Source: Balanoglossus misakiensis
Lineage: Eukaryota > Animalia > Hemichordata
Assembly: GCA_040954595.2 (NCBI GenBank)
Contig: CM082588.2
Location: forward strand, 6,522,202-6,586,201
Direction of reading: 5' to 3'
Length of the DNA stretch: 64,000 nucleotides
Position numbers and translations under genes: made by a program. Within the stretch, counting starts at the first letter, position 1. Every line of letters starts with the position of its first letter. This document shows, in pieces, positions 1 through 12,700 of this stretch. The notes beneath the pieces are model-generated. The model worked only from the letters and a program-made list of their open reading frames with translations. It was not told the DNA's origin and did not search any database.

Positions 1-3000
1 GTTTGGAACAGTTGTAAGCTCTCGGTCAAACCTGTGAAACAAAGTGACAAAAAATACACAATAATGAAGTGTGCATTTTGAAATTCTGTCTCTATACCTT
101 TCAATGTATGTATACAGTCAAACCCCTGTTAGTGGTCACCTCTATATAGTGGCCACTTTGTTACAGTCCCTGTGCAATTCACATGTGTGTTAATTAACCT
201 CTATATAAAGGTCACCTCTCTATAAGGGCCAGTTGAGGAAAGTCCATTGACTGGCCACTATAGAGAAGTTTGACTGTATTTATTTATTTATTTATTAAAA
301 AGAGGCATCTGTATTTACTATTAAAGCCACTGAACATGCGCATGCCAACAGAACCATATCACACTACAACACAGCCAGTCCCTGAAAAAAAAAAATTGGC
401 CTTTGTCCATTAACCTCTATAGACACAGTTGATGGCCATACTTGTCCTCTTTAAATCTCACAATGTGCCGATAAATCTCTCTCTCTCTGCGGCAACGTGT
501 CATGACATGCCCCAGCCAGTGAGTAAATCTTTATAACTGTCAGTGGTGATCAAGAATAAGTGCCAATGCCCTGAGTGGTGACCAAGCTTTGCTAGGCAAT
601 GGACAGCTGAGGGGAAATGGAGTCAATGGTAACAAGTGGCTCTTTAAGAAACTCGGTTACACTGTATAGTCATGATTGAGTGTGACAGACTATAGGCCTT
701 TAGAATCTATACCGCTGCAATGACTCTGTGCATGTACATGTACTCCACTAAAAATAATGGAGCATTCATTAACAAAATCCTGACATGACTCATGAGTCAA
801 TGTGGTCAGTCACATTAGCCTGCAATCTTTAACCCTTTCACCACCATGGTTCAGTCCAAACCCATTGTCTCGTATGGTAAAGTTGGACCTTTAAAGAGGG
901 AACTGGGGGTGAAAAGGGGAGACCTATAGTACACGTTACGTATATTGTATTGTTGTATTGATCCAATAATTAAAATTACCAGCTACATGTACTGAGTGTA
1001 GACAAAATATGCCTTGTTACATTATCAATTTAGGAAGCCCCAAAATATCAAATCCATAAATTCAAATCATGAAATTGTATCGATAAAGCCAACTGCCAGT
1101 GAATTCCAAAGCAATTTAACATACCTGGGTCAGTTGCATATGGTTGAATGGTTTCATACTCTGTCTGTTGCTGTGCGTCGTTGCCGAACTTCTGTAGACT
1201 GTTCACCCTCTTGGCGTGTTGTTTGCGGAGCTGGAGAAGTCGGATGTAAGAATTGCCGCTCTGAGAGCCATTCGACCTCGTCACCTTCCGGAGAGTGCTA
1301 CCGGAACCGTTGCCGGAGCTCTCGGCCATGTTGTTAGGGGTTACTGTAGTCGGACGGAGCTGCGATACGAATTGTCTTCCGTCGATCGTCTGTTTTTGCA
1401 CCGTGGCCGCTTGCCGATTCGCGGGCACGTCGCTGGCGCGCCTGGGGACGACGTCTCGGTCGCTCTCCCGGGAACTGAGACAGGTGCGGACTTTGTCCCA
1501 CAGCCAGTTGATTTCCTCGTCTGTCGGCGTCTTCTCCAGGGGCGGCCCGTTGTACACGTAGCCCCGCGTTCGGGCGTCGCCGTTTTGCTGGACTTCGCCC
1601 CGCGCCGTCGCCCGGCTATCACTACCACCGCCGCCGTCGGGCTGAGCGACTCCGTTACTCACGGCTGTGGCTTTGCCGGCGCTGCCGTTCTGCGCCATCA
1701 CCGTTCTCCTGGTCGCCGCCACGGGCTGCGGTTTCAACCCCGGCCGCGTCTTGGCCCCCGGAGATTTCCGGGCCGACCCGGCGCTGGCCGAGCGCGGCGC
1801 CTTGACGGACGCCGGGACTTTGGATATGGACAGCGTGGTGGCTGAGAACGGCCGCCTCTTGCCGAGGCCCTCGCCGTTCCCCCGCGGCGTCCTCAGCTCC
1901 TGCGTCAGTTTGCTGTGCTTCTCCCAGTCGGTCCACCGAACGCTCTTCTTCTTCCCGGAGTCCTCGAACGGATCCTGTTTCATCTTGGCAACGTCGATAC
2001 TGTCTCTTAACCGCTGACCTTCCAAGCTCTGCTGCATGTACGTACTCCTGGTAAAAGCACCTCCGTACGTGTTATATTTGTTCATGGGGCTCTTCTTCAA
2101 TATCCCCTTTGGCTGCGTCCCCTGGGGTCTGTCCTGGGTCGAGTCCTCGGGTGTGTCATCCTCCCCGGCCTCGTCAACAAAACTGAGCACCCGTTTTTGT
2201 TCGCTGAAAGTGTCTTGCTTATTTGGTACACTAGCGGGTTTATACTTCTGATATGATCTCTCGCTACCTGACGAGTTTTGTTCAGCATTCGAGTTTCCGT
2301 TCGTCGCTGGTTGGTGGCTTACATGAGTACTGGGTCCCTGCGAGGGAGAACCATTCACTGGATAGTCACTAGTCCTTTGTACTTCACTTGTATTACTAAC
2401 AGTATACGGATAAGTGTTATTCATAAGTCGACTGCTCGTTCCGTATGGATCGTTCAGATTTGTCACGTGGCCACCGACTGTGCCATCTGCCGTCCTCCCC
2501 GGATTGTACTCGTTCCAATTGTACGCGGCTGGGGTGACCGTCACCCCGGTGGCCGAGGTCCTCGCGGAGAACGGCCGTGTGGTTCTCCCAATCAGGTGCG
2601 TGTTGGCGTACGTGCCAGGACTCCCGTACATGGAGGTGTATCTGGCTGACGAACTGACGGTGGATGAGACGGGCATTGTTTGCTGCGGTTTTTGCAAGTC
2701 TAATTTGTCCTCCACGACGTCGGCTTCATTGGTTTCCTCGATGTACAGATCGGCGGTTTCCTTCCACGCCGGCTTGGCCTGCGCGACGGACTGATTGTTT
2801 CCTTGTTCTTGGTTTGCCGACGCGGTCAATGTACTCGACTTTGGTACAAACAGCTTTGTGTCACTCGGCTGTGTTAATGACCCTTCTAGGGTGCTACCAG
2901 TGAAGGTACCAGCAACACTGTAAGTGTTGTATTGTGCGTGCGGTGCTTTGTTGCTTGCAGCGGTGTAGACACTGCCACTGGACGGAATGTGGGCAACGTG

Positions 3001-6000
3001 GGTACTTGGCGCGATAAGGGTACTGGGCGGATTATAGGTGGTGGCGGTCGAATTGGTACTTTGCGGAACGCTCCCGTTTCCAGTCCTCTGTAGTGAGTCG
3101 CTTTTCTCGTCTTGAATCGCGGTACCGTCTAAACTATCGACGCTACACAGACTATTATCGACCTCCTCCTCCACGTGTCCTAGCCTGCTCTCAGTTAAAA
3201 TGGCGTGATTGAAATCCTGCAGCGATTTCTGCTGCTGCACGGCCAGCTGTCGCTGCTGCTCCTGCAGGTGCTGCTCGAAGAGACTCTTGCTGTGCTGCAG
3301 GTTGTGGGCGCTCGTGGACTGCAGCTGTTCATGCTGGGCTCTGTAGGTGGCCGAGTTATACAGATTGGGCGTGGCCGCCGGCCTCCATGGGCTGTACACG
3401 TGGACGGTGTTCACGGGACTGTACGGGTTGCTCTGGTATTTGGTCCGGTAGTGTGGTATGGAGGAGATCTGGACTGCATTCAACGCCTCCTCAAGGCCGG
3501 GAGTTCTGCTTTTTTCTGCTGCTGACAAGAAAAGAGGAAATAATAGATTGAAATCGGTTTTAAATTTATGAATTTCACACATAACTCTAACAGGTGCAGA
3601 ATACATGTAGATGGAGGTCATGCTACATTAAGCTTTACATTAGTGATTTTATGAGTCCTTGACTTCGATACATGTATATACATTTTACATACAGGTATAT
3701 GTATCCCATTGACAAAATTGATCTCAAGTGGTGGGTTCATACCCAAAGCATGTACCAAAGACAAATTAGGACAGTAATAATACAATATTCTCAGTGAACC
3801 CAACTTGTGACGTTACCACATCAGTTTTATTTTATATGTGAATGACAACAGGAAACATTATCTACTACCAGTCTCACTGAGGACAGCGTCATCAATGTAC
3901 AATGCCATATTGGCTCACAAACAACCTTTCTCAGGGCCAGACTCAGGACACATTGTGGAGGAGAACGTCCTATCCTCCAAAGCCAGCATTTTAACCCTTT
4001 ATCCCTCCCACCCTGGGGAATTGGGAGATACATGTACATACATGAATGTAAACTTCCAGTACCGCATGGCCAAAACATGATTAATTGAACTGATGAAACA
4101 GGTGGCATTTATCCAATGGTAAGGTACATACATGTACACTCCACGTATAAAATCCTTGATTCTGTTAGTAATTTGCATGGAACAATTGAAATGCATCACT
4201 GTTACCATACACATGTACTGAAGCATGAAACTTTTATTCGTTGTGATTGAACAAAATGTATCAAATTGTCACAGACGGGATGAATGAATACGCTGCACTA
4301 CACTACAGTGAGTAGTATTAACTGGCAGATTATCAATGGCAGTGAAGCATAATCTGAAATCGTTGAGGCAAAGCAAATTGACAAAACTGCCAGTGTTTCA
4401 TGATAGACAGGCCTTCCAAAGCCAGTGGCATTGAATTCTCAAATTAAACAGATTGTTGTCAGGAAAATGTACCGTGTACATAGGATCAACAATATACATG
4501 TATCTGGGAGATTGAAAGGTAAGATAGACAGGGGTATGAGCATAGGCGGACTAGACCTCGACTGCAGGAGATTGTCGACCTTTACTGCGTACAAACACAG
4601 CGTCACAGAACATACACACACTTCACCATGAGCACAATACCTTGAAACAATAGACTGTAAAAACCACCCACAAGTACCGTTATGTACTTTGGGACGAACT
4701 ATTTTAAGACTAAAATGGAGTTAAATGTGATGTACACTAAAAACACACAGTTGTCAATTCAGTAGCTCCTCGCCGGGATCCTTTGAAGTGGTTACCATGG
4801 TTACCACTTCACACTAATCTTTCTACAATTACACTATAGGACTACAGTGTAGGTTTAATCAAGCAAGGGCCAACTTGGTTGTCAGGGTTATTGACCAAAA
4901 CAACATGAACATCACATCGGTGAAACCACTGTTCATGAATGCAAATTCTTTAAAAAAATCTATGAGTATAAGATTTGAGTCAATGTTTCTTATTAAACAA
5001 ATTTGAGTGCAGAAACACCTCACTAATTCTCTCTCTTGCCTTGAGATGTGCCAATCTAACCCTCTAGTAGACTGCTCATTACAGAAGTCTTTTAAAGTTT
5101 GTGGTATGTCTTACGGAGTATAACAGCATGCCAACGTGCGAACATCTTTGTCAACATTTTATGTAACATTCCAGTTGCTATTTGTGGGGTAGTCTTTGAG
5201 AGTTGACCGTGAGCTCACTGGTTTTAGAAGACTGAGAAAACACGAAATTCCATACAAATGCCGTCTTGTATTGTCAAGAACAATGTACTGAAAGAAAACT
5301 GCTTAGACATCGACAAAAGGTCTACTTTTCGGGGCTCGACAATTTTTTTATCCACTTACCGATTTGGAGAAAGCAAATTCCTGTTAGCGATTACGTACTT
5401 ACACTACACCTGAGTGATCTACAGACACCACTCTACAAACACTGAGAGTTCATTGTATCGGTAGCCCTCAGCTCCATGGTGTTAGCAAGCTTTGCCCTAA
5501 TCTCAGTGTACACACGGGTAGGCATACAAACAGAAGCTAAAACAAACTAATATAGCTGGTGATTGGCCATTACATGTAGCTATTTTCCCCCTCCCCTCTC
5601 CTGCCTTGAAATGAGTGCCCCCCCCCCCTTTCCTCCTGTGTTCCCTCCAAACATAGACATTTTGCGAACAAACCAAGCGATCATTCTAGTCTTGAAAATG
5701 CATACTCGACACACACACACGGAGACCATCGGTATTCGATACTCACCTGAGCCAGTTCTTTTTTGTCTCTGATACTTGACAGTCGCTTCTTGCTGGCGTC
5801 GTTTCCTCTCGGCCAGCGCCTCTTGTCGTCGCTTGATCTCCTTCTGAGCTTCGATTTTCTTCCTCAGCTCGTGAGCCCTGTCAACGCACAAAATATTCCA
5901 CTGTAACGATGCGACGCGTCAACCAACTAATAGACATCGAGCAGTGGTTTCACCACTCGCTCTCATTAATTGCCTTTTTTTTATTATTTCTCCATTGTCC

Positions 6001-7772
6001 CGTTTTGATGATCCCACAAAAGACAACAAAGAACTTGATCATTTCAAGCGTCCCCCGCTTTTAATTTAGCCGTCTGACAACAGGGGCCTGATCAATATCT
6101 CCAACACGCACAAATATTTAGTGATGTCATTCACGACCATTGGGGCGGTTAAACGTCCGTTAATTTGCATCTGACGAGTTCCATCAGCAAACTGTCAGCC
6201 GAGACCTTCTTCGAGACGGCCCAATCGCGGACTGAAAAGGCTACATTTGAGCAAGCTTGACTGGCGATGACTTCCCCATCTCTCACTGATGACTGAACCA
6301 TTTCATTCGAAATCAACCGCGATTTGATTTGCCCAGAACAATAACACCCTGGCAAACTTGACACATTCCCTAAACCCACCTCTGACGCTTTCAGATCCAC
6401 CGCAATAAATTCATTTCCCGTCTATCCCTGTAAAAAGTCCATTATGATCGGAGAGACCCATTAACTAAATTGGGTCTTGTGAAGACGAAGCATAAGCATA
6501 TTTGCAATAAAATCACCATCCGCTGTGCGTCACGGTACATACATGTACCATACTCCTTATAATAGCTAATATACAATTATGAATTGGTTATGTGGGAAAG
6601 TAAAACATGTTCAAAGCTGTTTCTCACTGGAGGACCCTACTATCCCCTACAAGTTCAGTGAAGATGGTATGACCCAATCAATTTTCTGGTAAGGCCATCA
6701 GGTGACAAAATGGACCGTATAAATGAAGGATGCTGCCTGATTCATTCTTGTCAAATTATTTCAGATAATGTCAATGCTGCAGTCAGCTTAGAGCTACATC
6801 CATATTTTTCATAGAAGACAAGGTGGGAATCCCCACAGCTGCACAAACCTCACCTAATGTATGAAGCTGAGCATTCGATATCTACTTTGATGTGGTTACT
6901 TTGCTTGGTACATGCATGCATTCTCTATTTCTACGTACATGTACCACATACTGTGTTTGTGAAGGGATTTTCCGTAAATGCAAAAAACAGGGAAAAATTC
7001 ATTACTTACACAATGTGTCGTCTGAGCCAAAATGATGGATGCAAGTACAATTTTCGTGAAACATTTCTTCAGTTCCGTGTATTCTGAAATGGCCTGTGCT
7101 TATAGTGCACAGACTTTGTACTGAAGGAACTTTATACCTTAAATGGTTGTTGCCACTGTCAACAATGCCTTTTAAATGGTTTTTTAATTTGTTCGTCTAG
7201 TCGGGCCGCGAATTATCACCAAGCATGGCTGAAAACCCTGACAATTAATTATAACATACCAGTGTTTTCTGGTATGAGAAGAGTTAGTCATCAATGATAT
7301 CATTACTAATGGGGCACGACTAATGATTAACTTCTAAATATAAACTTCTACAACATTTTAATTATATCCAAAACACAACACTGCACAATATTCAATTTAA
7401 CCCTTCCACCCCCAAATTCCTCTGTAGAGGTCAAATTTCACCATACAAAACAAAAGATTTGGACTAAATCATGGTGGTGATAGGGTTAAATGCATTTCCA
7501 TTTTTTGTCAGCTTCTTTTTGTGGTTGACTTGAGACAAAAGGGACATACATGTATTGTGTATGTTATTAACTGTGACAAGATAAAATTGGAAATATGCTA
7601 CTCTACACTACAGAGGGCAGTATGCCCACTTGTGTCAGTTGGCATGCTGAATACACATTAGGTGTACACATACAAATGCAACTGTCAAGGTCATTGACAC
7701 AATAACGCAGTCCAATCATATGACAATAGTACGGATGAGTGACTAGCAGAAAGTCAAGTTCACATAATTGTT

Positions 7773-7803
<31 letters not shown>

Positions 7804-9318
7804 TAAGGTGGTTGCTACATGATGAATTAGAAACTGACAGATTTTAACTCAGCCAATAAGGCAATTTCCATTTTCCCATCTTACCTTCTTCTTCTGGAGT
7901 TCTCGATGGAGAACTTTCTAGTTTTGTTGTGTATGACAGCTCTCTGCTGTTTACTGAACTCCTTCAGTTGTTCATAATGGTTCTTCTGAAGGTTTCTTAC
8001 CTTCTCACTGATAATGATGATGTTAAGGAAGTTAACAAGAGAGCTACTTATGAATCCCTATGGTTACATTGTATACATGTACAAATATTAATAACATGTC
8101 ATTGAGCATCTCAATGCCACCTTTACGCTGGAGCTGACACCAGAAAAAAAATTACAGGTGGCTTATGTAGAGAGAGGAATTTCCATGATGGTTTTCCATA
8201 GAATCATATACCTTCACCTTTTTTCTCATAACTATTTTTAAGGGTTTCCATGTACATTTTGTATGTATCATATATTATGTTTGTCATTGCACAAATTGCT
8301 CAATAAAGAAAAGTCTTGTTTATTGTCAAAATATCACTCAAAGTATCATAAATACTGGACTGTTAACAATTTGTGTTGATTACCAGTCTTCAGTAGTGGA
8401 GACGGGTCAAGATTGTGGTAACTATGGATAGGGTGTGTATGTGCAATGTGCATGACTGTGTGTGAATCACAATATACATGTACATGTACATATTCATACA
8501 TGTAAATAATTGTGACCTTACATGTCATGAGTTGATAGATAATTTGGTATGGCTTAACAAATTAGAATAGTTCTAAGCAGATATTGATAACTTATTTCAT
8601 GGACTTCTGAGATTCTGAGAGAGATGTGTTTTAATGTTTGAATGTCTCCCATAGGAGGCTGATATAGATACATGTTATACATGTAGTGATGTACAATGTC
8701 ATGTATATTTCGTTGACGTTGCCAGCAAAAATACAGCGTTTTCATAACCATACCGACATGAATGGCCACAAGACCATGTCTATATGGGTAAAATGGTAAT
8801 TTTCCTTTCCGGTCAGGACTCCATTTGGCCCTTTAATGAGTCATCGTGTACAATGTTAGAAGAACACAGGATAGGCTACAGTGTAAGTGAATGCCACAGT
8901 GATATGACACATCCGAGACAGCTTGTCCCAAACTTGTATATTCGAGCAATCGGGTACAGGGATTATACCCTACACTGCTGTGTACAATCTTTATAAGACC
9001 ATGGCAGCACCAGTGACAGAAACATTACTTTACACTATGTACACCGACCTGTCAAACTAAAATTATGAGGTTGAGAATATTTTCTGATTACTGTGTACAT
9101 GTACGTAAATGATTGATAACAATGATCGGGTAACAACGAAACACCGGTATTATGTCAATAAAGGATACGAGTACCCCGAAGCAGCACTCATCGTGGTTTT
9201 CCCGATCTTCTGTGTCCGTCGGAAAATAAATTGGGGTGATTTACAGGTCCATGTTCAAGGCGATCTGCTTCCTTGACAGCACCAAAGCGTCACTAGCAAA
9301 TACAGGAATGTCCGCCAT
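1..9318 (-). CDS. CEP126: Centrosomal protein 126 (KIAA1377)-like, multi-exon, 3' part lies left of the window
   Basis: Frame-consistent GT-AG exons 9318-9245, 8007-7885, 5877-5747, 3521-1125 (2.4-kb exon) and 31-1. The spliced protein has RKFSIENSRRRR..EALAERKRRQQEATVKYQR, PGLEEALNAVQ, SKSLFEQHLQEQQRQL..SLQDF, SLCSVDSLD and KTPTDEEINWLWDKVRTCL, in the motif order recalled for vertebrate CEP126. Confidence 0.85.
115..276. mobile_element. Tc1/pogo-type MITE in a CEP126 intron
   Basis: TA|CAGTCAAAC...GTTTGACTG|TA terminal inverted repeats with a TA target duplication; internal ACCTCTATATA subrepeats. Confidence 0.8.
829..919. mobile_element. piggyBac-type (TTAA) mini-MITE, right end degraded
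   Basis: TTAA-CCCTTTCACC...GGGGTGAAAAGGG; an inverted, diverged copy of the element at 7397-7489. Confidence 0.6.
7397..7489. mobile_element. piggyBac-type (TTAA) mini-MITE, about 85 bp
   Basis: TTAA|CCCTTCCACC...GGTGATAGGG|TTAA: CCCT/AGGG termini with TTAA on both sides. Confidence 0.75.
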
Positions 9319-9701
9319 ATTGTTTTGGTTACAGACTCCACAAGTTAATGGTTTTAATCATGTTAATTTTCCAAATCAAGACTGATTATTCGGAAGATTA
9401 CAAAGGGCGATAATTATAAACAAAATAAAGCACAGGCACTCAAAATAGCGATTTGACGGGATTTTGATTAACGATCGACACTAAGATCTTTCTCATACCT
9501 CCAAAACAGACTAAAGATTTCCTTACAATATACACCAAGTTAGAGGGTTCGGAATCTATTTATATTGCATGATGGGATATGCATGGCGGATAATTTGATC
9601 AGTGACTTCAGTGCGAGCTACCAACTCCAAATTTTTCTTGGAAAAGTACTTCTTTTGAGGTTCTTTCGTGCGAAACACTTCGCAGAGACATCGGTATTAA
9701 A
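9319..9701. promoter_or_regulatory. Putative bidirectional promoter of the CEP126-like and CEP162-like genes
   Basis: Divergent ATGs at 9318 (-) and 9702 (+), 383 bp apart. YY1-like ATGGCGG motifs overlap the CEP126 ATG and occur at about 9583. Confidence 0.6.
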
Positions 9702-12700
9702 ATGAAGAAGAGATTTTCTCAGTCGAGTACGGAAATGGACGAGAAGTTCGAGCAGTTTTTGAAAGAGGTGAGACCGATTTCTTACATGTTTTGATGGTGG
9801 AATTCAAGTTGTGACAAGTGTCAGTTTCAATTTACTAAAGTTTGAAATAAGTCGAGAGAAGGAAAATTACATATCTCATACCCCTTGTTCCCCCTCGACC
9901 TGTACACATGATGACATTGACAGGATAAAGTGTAGACAGACAGCATTGTAGTGACTCCAGTAAAAATATCAGTACTAGCAACTATGTGATACAGTTGTCA
10001 ACAAGAGAAGTCAGCTGATACAGACATGCCCTGTTTATGTGTGTTTCAAAGTAGCAGTTATACTATTGACAAGACAGGTGTTTATGGTTATTGCCGAACC
10101 GTTGCTAAAATATGTTGAGATTGTTGAATTCCGTATCGTCCATATGATTACTGAATTGTATTATAATATTGTATTAAACTATTATCTGCTACATTTCTTT
10201 CTCTTCCAGTCTTTGTCTGATGTGGAAGATTCAATAGATTCAGACGCCTTGAATTCACTTTTAAGTAGCAGAACATCTGCTCGGGGAAAAGCTAAAGAGG
10301 TACCGTGGTGGATGCAGAGTTCAGATGATGATGACACTGCACGTAAACCAGGTAGAGAAATACGAGATGAAGGATCACTGATATCTGATGAAAGTGTTAA
10401 TCACCGGAAAAGTCCCCTATGGACAACTACATGCTTTTGAAGCACAGAATTATTTTGTTTTACCATATTTGGATTCTATCATTCATAATTGTATAACATA
10501 TGTTTTGAAGGTGGCAGTAAGAGTTGGTTGAAACCAAAGAAAACTCAAGAAAACATAGAAGAGACACCAAATACAAGACCACAACTGAAAAAACAGGTAA
10601 ACACCAAAAATTGCACTTCAAGATGAAGTTTTCAGTTGTATGTGTGGCATCAAGTAGTGATAATTTTTGTTCAAAATGAGATGTACTTTGTATATAACTT
10701 TTATAACAAGCTACAAATTGCACTTGCGTGATTTGCAATTCCGTACTCATAAGATATTTTGTTTTGCAATCTTGCAGAGTTCTGTCAGAGAAGAAGTTGG
10801 AATGAGTAAAGACAGCTTAGAAGAACAGAACAACCACACAGGTAATCATATATACTCTATGATAACATTGTTCACTCTACTGAAAGTAAACCATGAAAGC
10901 TGAGTATAGAAATGTTTTCAAATTTGAAATATGTAACACTAAGAGAAACTTGACATTTCTGTATTCTGACTACAGAAATTGCTGGTGCAGGGAATGACAA
11001 GAAGGTGCCTGTCAGGTAATTGTCTAGTTTTGATCAGTAAATATCAATCTGATTATTATCAGATTTTATGTAATACTCATATAAAACAAATGTTGGTGAT
11101 AAAAATGAAGTGAAGACAAATTCCCTGAAAAATTTTCACAGTGGAACAGAACTGTATGGTTTTCTGCTTATTTTAGAAATAAGAATGTTGTTTATATACA
11201 GTAATATCACGTTTTTATGATTTCAGATTATCATCTGATGTCTACACAGACAGCACTATGACATCTATGGGCAGAGGTAGGTATAGACATTTTCAAATAT
11301 CCCACCGTAAATTCGGTCTTGACTCATGCTATTTTAGAACTCCTCAGAGCCACCAACATGAAATTGTCATTGTTTTTAACTCTGATTTCGTGTCAGATTT
11401 TGGCCCAAGCCCAGGAGCTGAAACCATGGAAGAAGCAGCAGACAAGGAGAGGTTTTTCAAGGAACTGGAAGAAAAGGAAGGAACGCGGAACATAGACTAC
11501 AGCAGACTGAATAAGGAAACTGATTTGTCAGGAACACTGGGTACGATGCATGGCAGCAGAACATTAGCTGGGTAAGTAGTCGTTGCGTTTAGTAGAAATC
11601 ACTAGATTTTATCAAAAAGGTTCTGTACATATTGAGTAGTCATGATTATGAGTAGGCGTGGCTCACAGATATTCCTTTTTCAATGTGGATGTTTCTATTA
11701 GGATTGAAGAGAAGGATGAAGATATTGACAGCAGTAGTCACCACACAGAAGAGAGAAAACTGCCAGCCAGTCAGTCACCAAAGGTACACATCCATGGTCG
11801 ATATGTGGGGGAATACGAGACACTGAAAAAAAAAGATTAGAATGTTGATCTAGTCTTGTTGGAAGCGAAATTACAATCATATTTATATTTAGGAAAGTTA
11901 GAATTATTATAAAAATTTAATGTATAGTATTCGTTGAATTTAATGTGATTGGTTGATTTTATAGGGTGAAGTTCGGCCGCCGTCTACAGCTGGTATGCTT
12001 GCGAAGGGTGAGTACCATTAAATAAAAAGATGTTGGATTTTGTTTCATTAGGAATTACCCCAATTCATTATCTATATCCACCCATCAGGCAGGGCGATAG
12101 GTTTAGGAATAGGATTTGCTGGTATATGCTCAGGGGGTGTCAGTCCTAGAACTGGTCTATAGTTTGAGCAAATTCAATTCATGTATTTCCCTGGTTTCAG
12201 TCGAGTTTTTTATTTTCTTCTAGTGTCACTGTTGGATGACTCGGTTGATTCAAGTTTAGGAACATTAAATTTACCGAAGACAAGTCATGAACGTGATGGG
12301 TCCTCCAATAAAGGTATGTGTGAATAATAAACATTTTGAAAATACTTAGGAGCAGAACAACATAAATAACTTGTCAATAGAAAGTAAAGTAAATCAAAAT
12401 TATGTGAAAAGTGAGCGTTTTTGTCCCTTTGAACTTGATACAGGTTTATTGAACGCTGGGACAGACACACAGATGGAGGCGTTACGAGGATTATACCATG
12501 ATGCTGTCCTGTCACCAACTATGCACTTAGAAGACACGGGAAATGGTAAGTTGGCTGCATTTCACAGATGTCGGTTATGATAGGTGTAGATCACATGTTC
12601 TTTTCCAGGATGCTAACACTGGGTTAATAGGCTGCCTATATTTACCCGCGCACATATGTTTGTGTTTATTTGTTTTCTTCTTCTAGATGCTTTGATGAAT

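Noticed and set aside
1014-3525. Multiple + strand ORFs overlapping the 857-aa - strand ORF
   Set aside because: Antisense shadows of the GC-rich 2.4-kb CEP126 exon. The 857-aa ORF itself includes intronic sequence at both ends.
4788-4808. X-box-like GTTACCATGGTTAC in a CEP126 intron (similar GTTGCTATGGTAAT at about 33805)
   Set aside because: Imperfect, far from any inferred TSS, and such motifs are short enough to occur frequently; function cannot be supported.
6149-6400. 83-aa ORF in a GC-richer intronic patch
   Set aside because: No recognisable motif or convincing splice sites; probably a decayed repeat.
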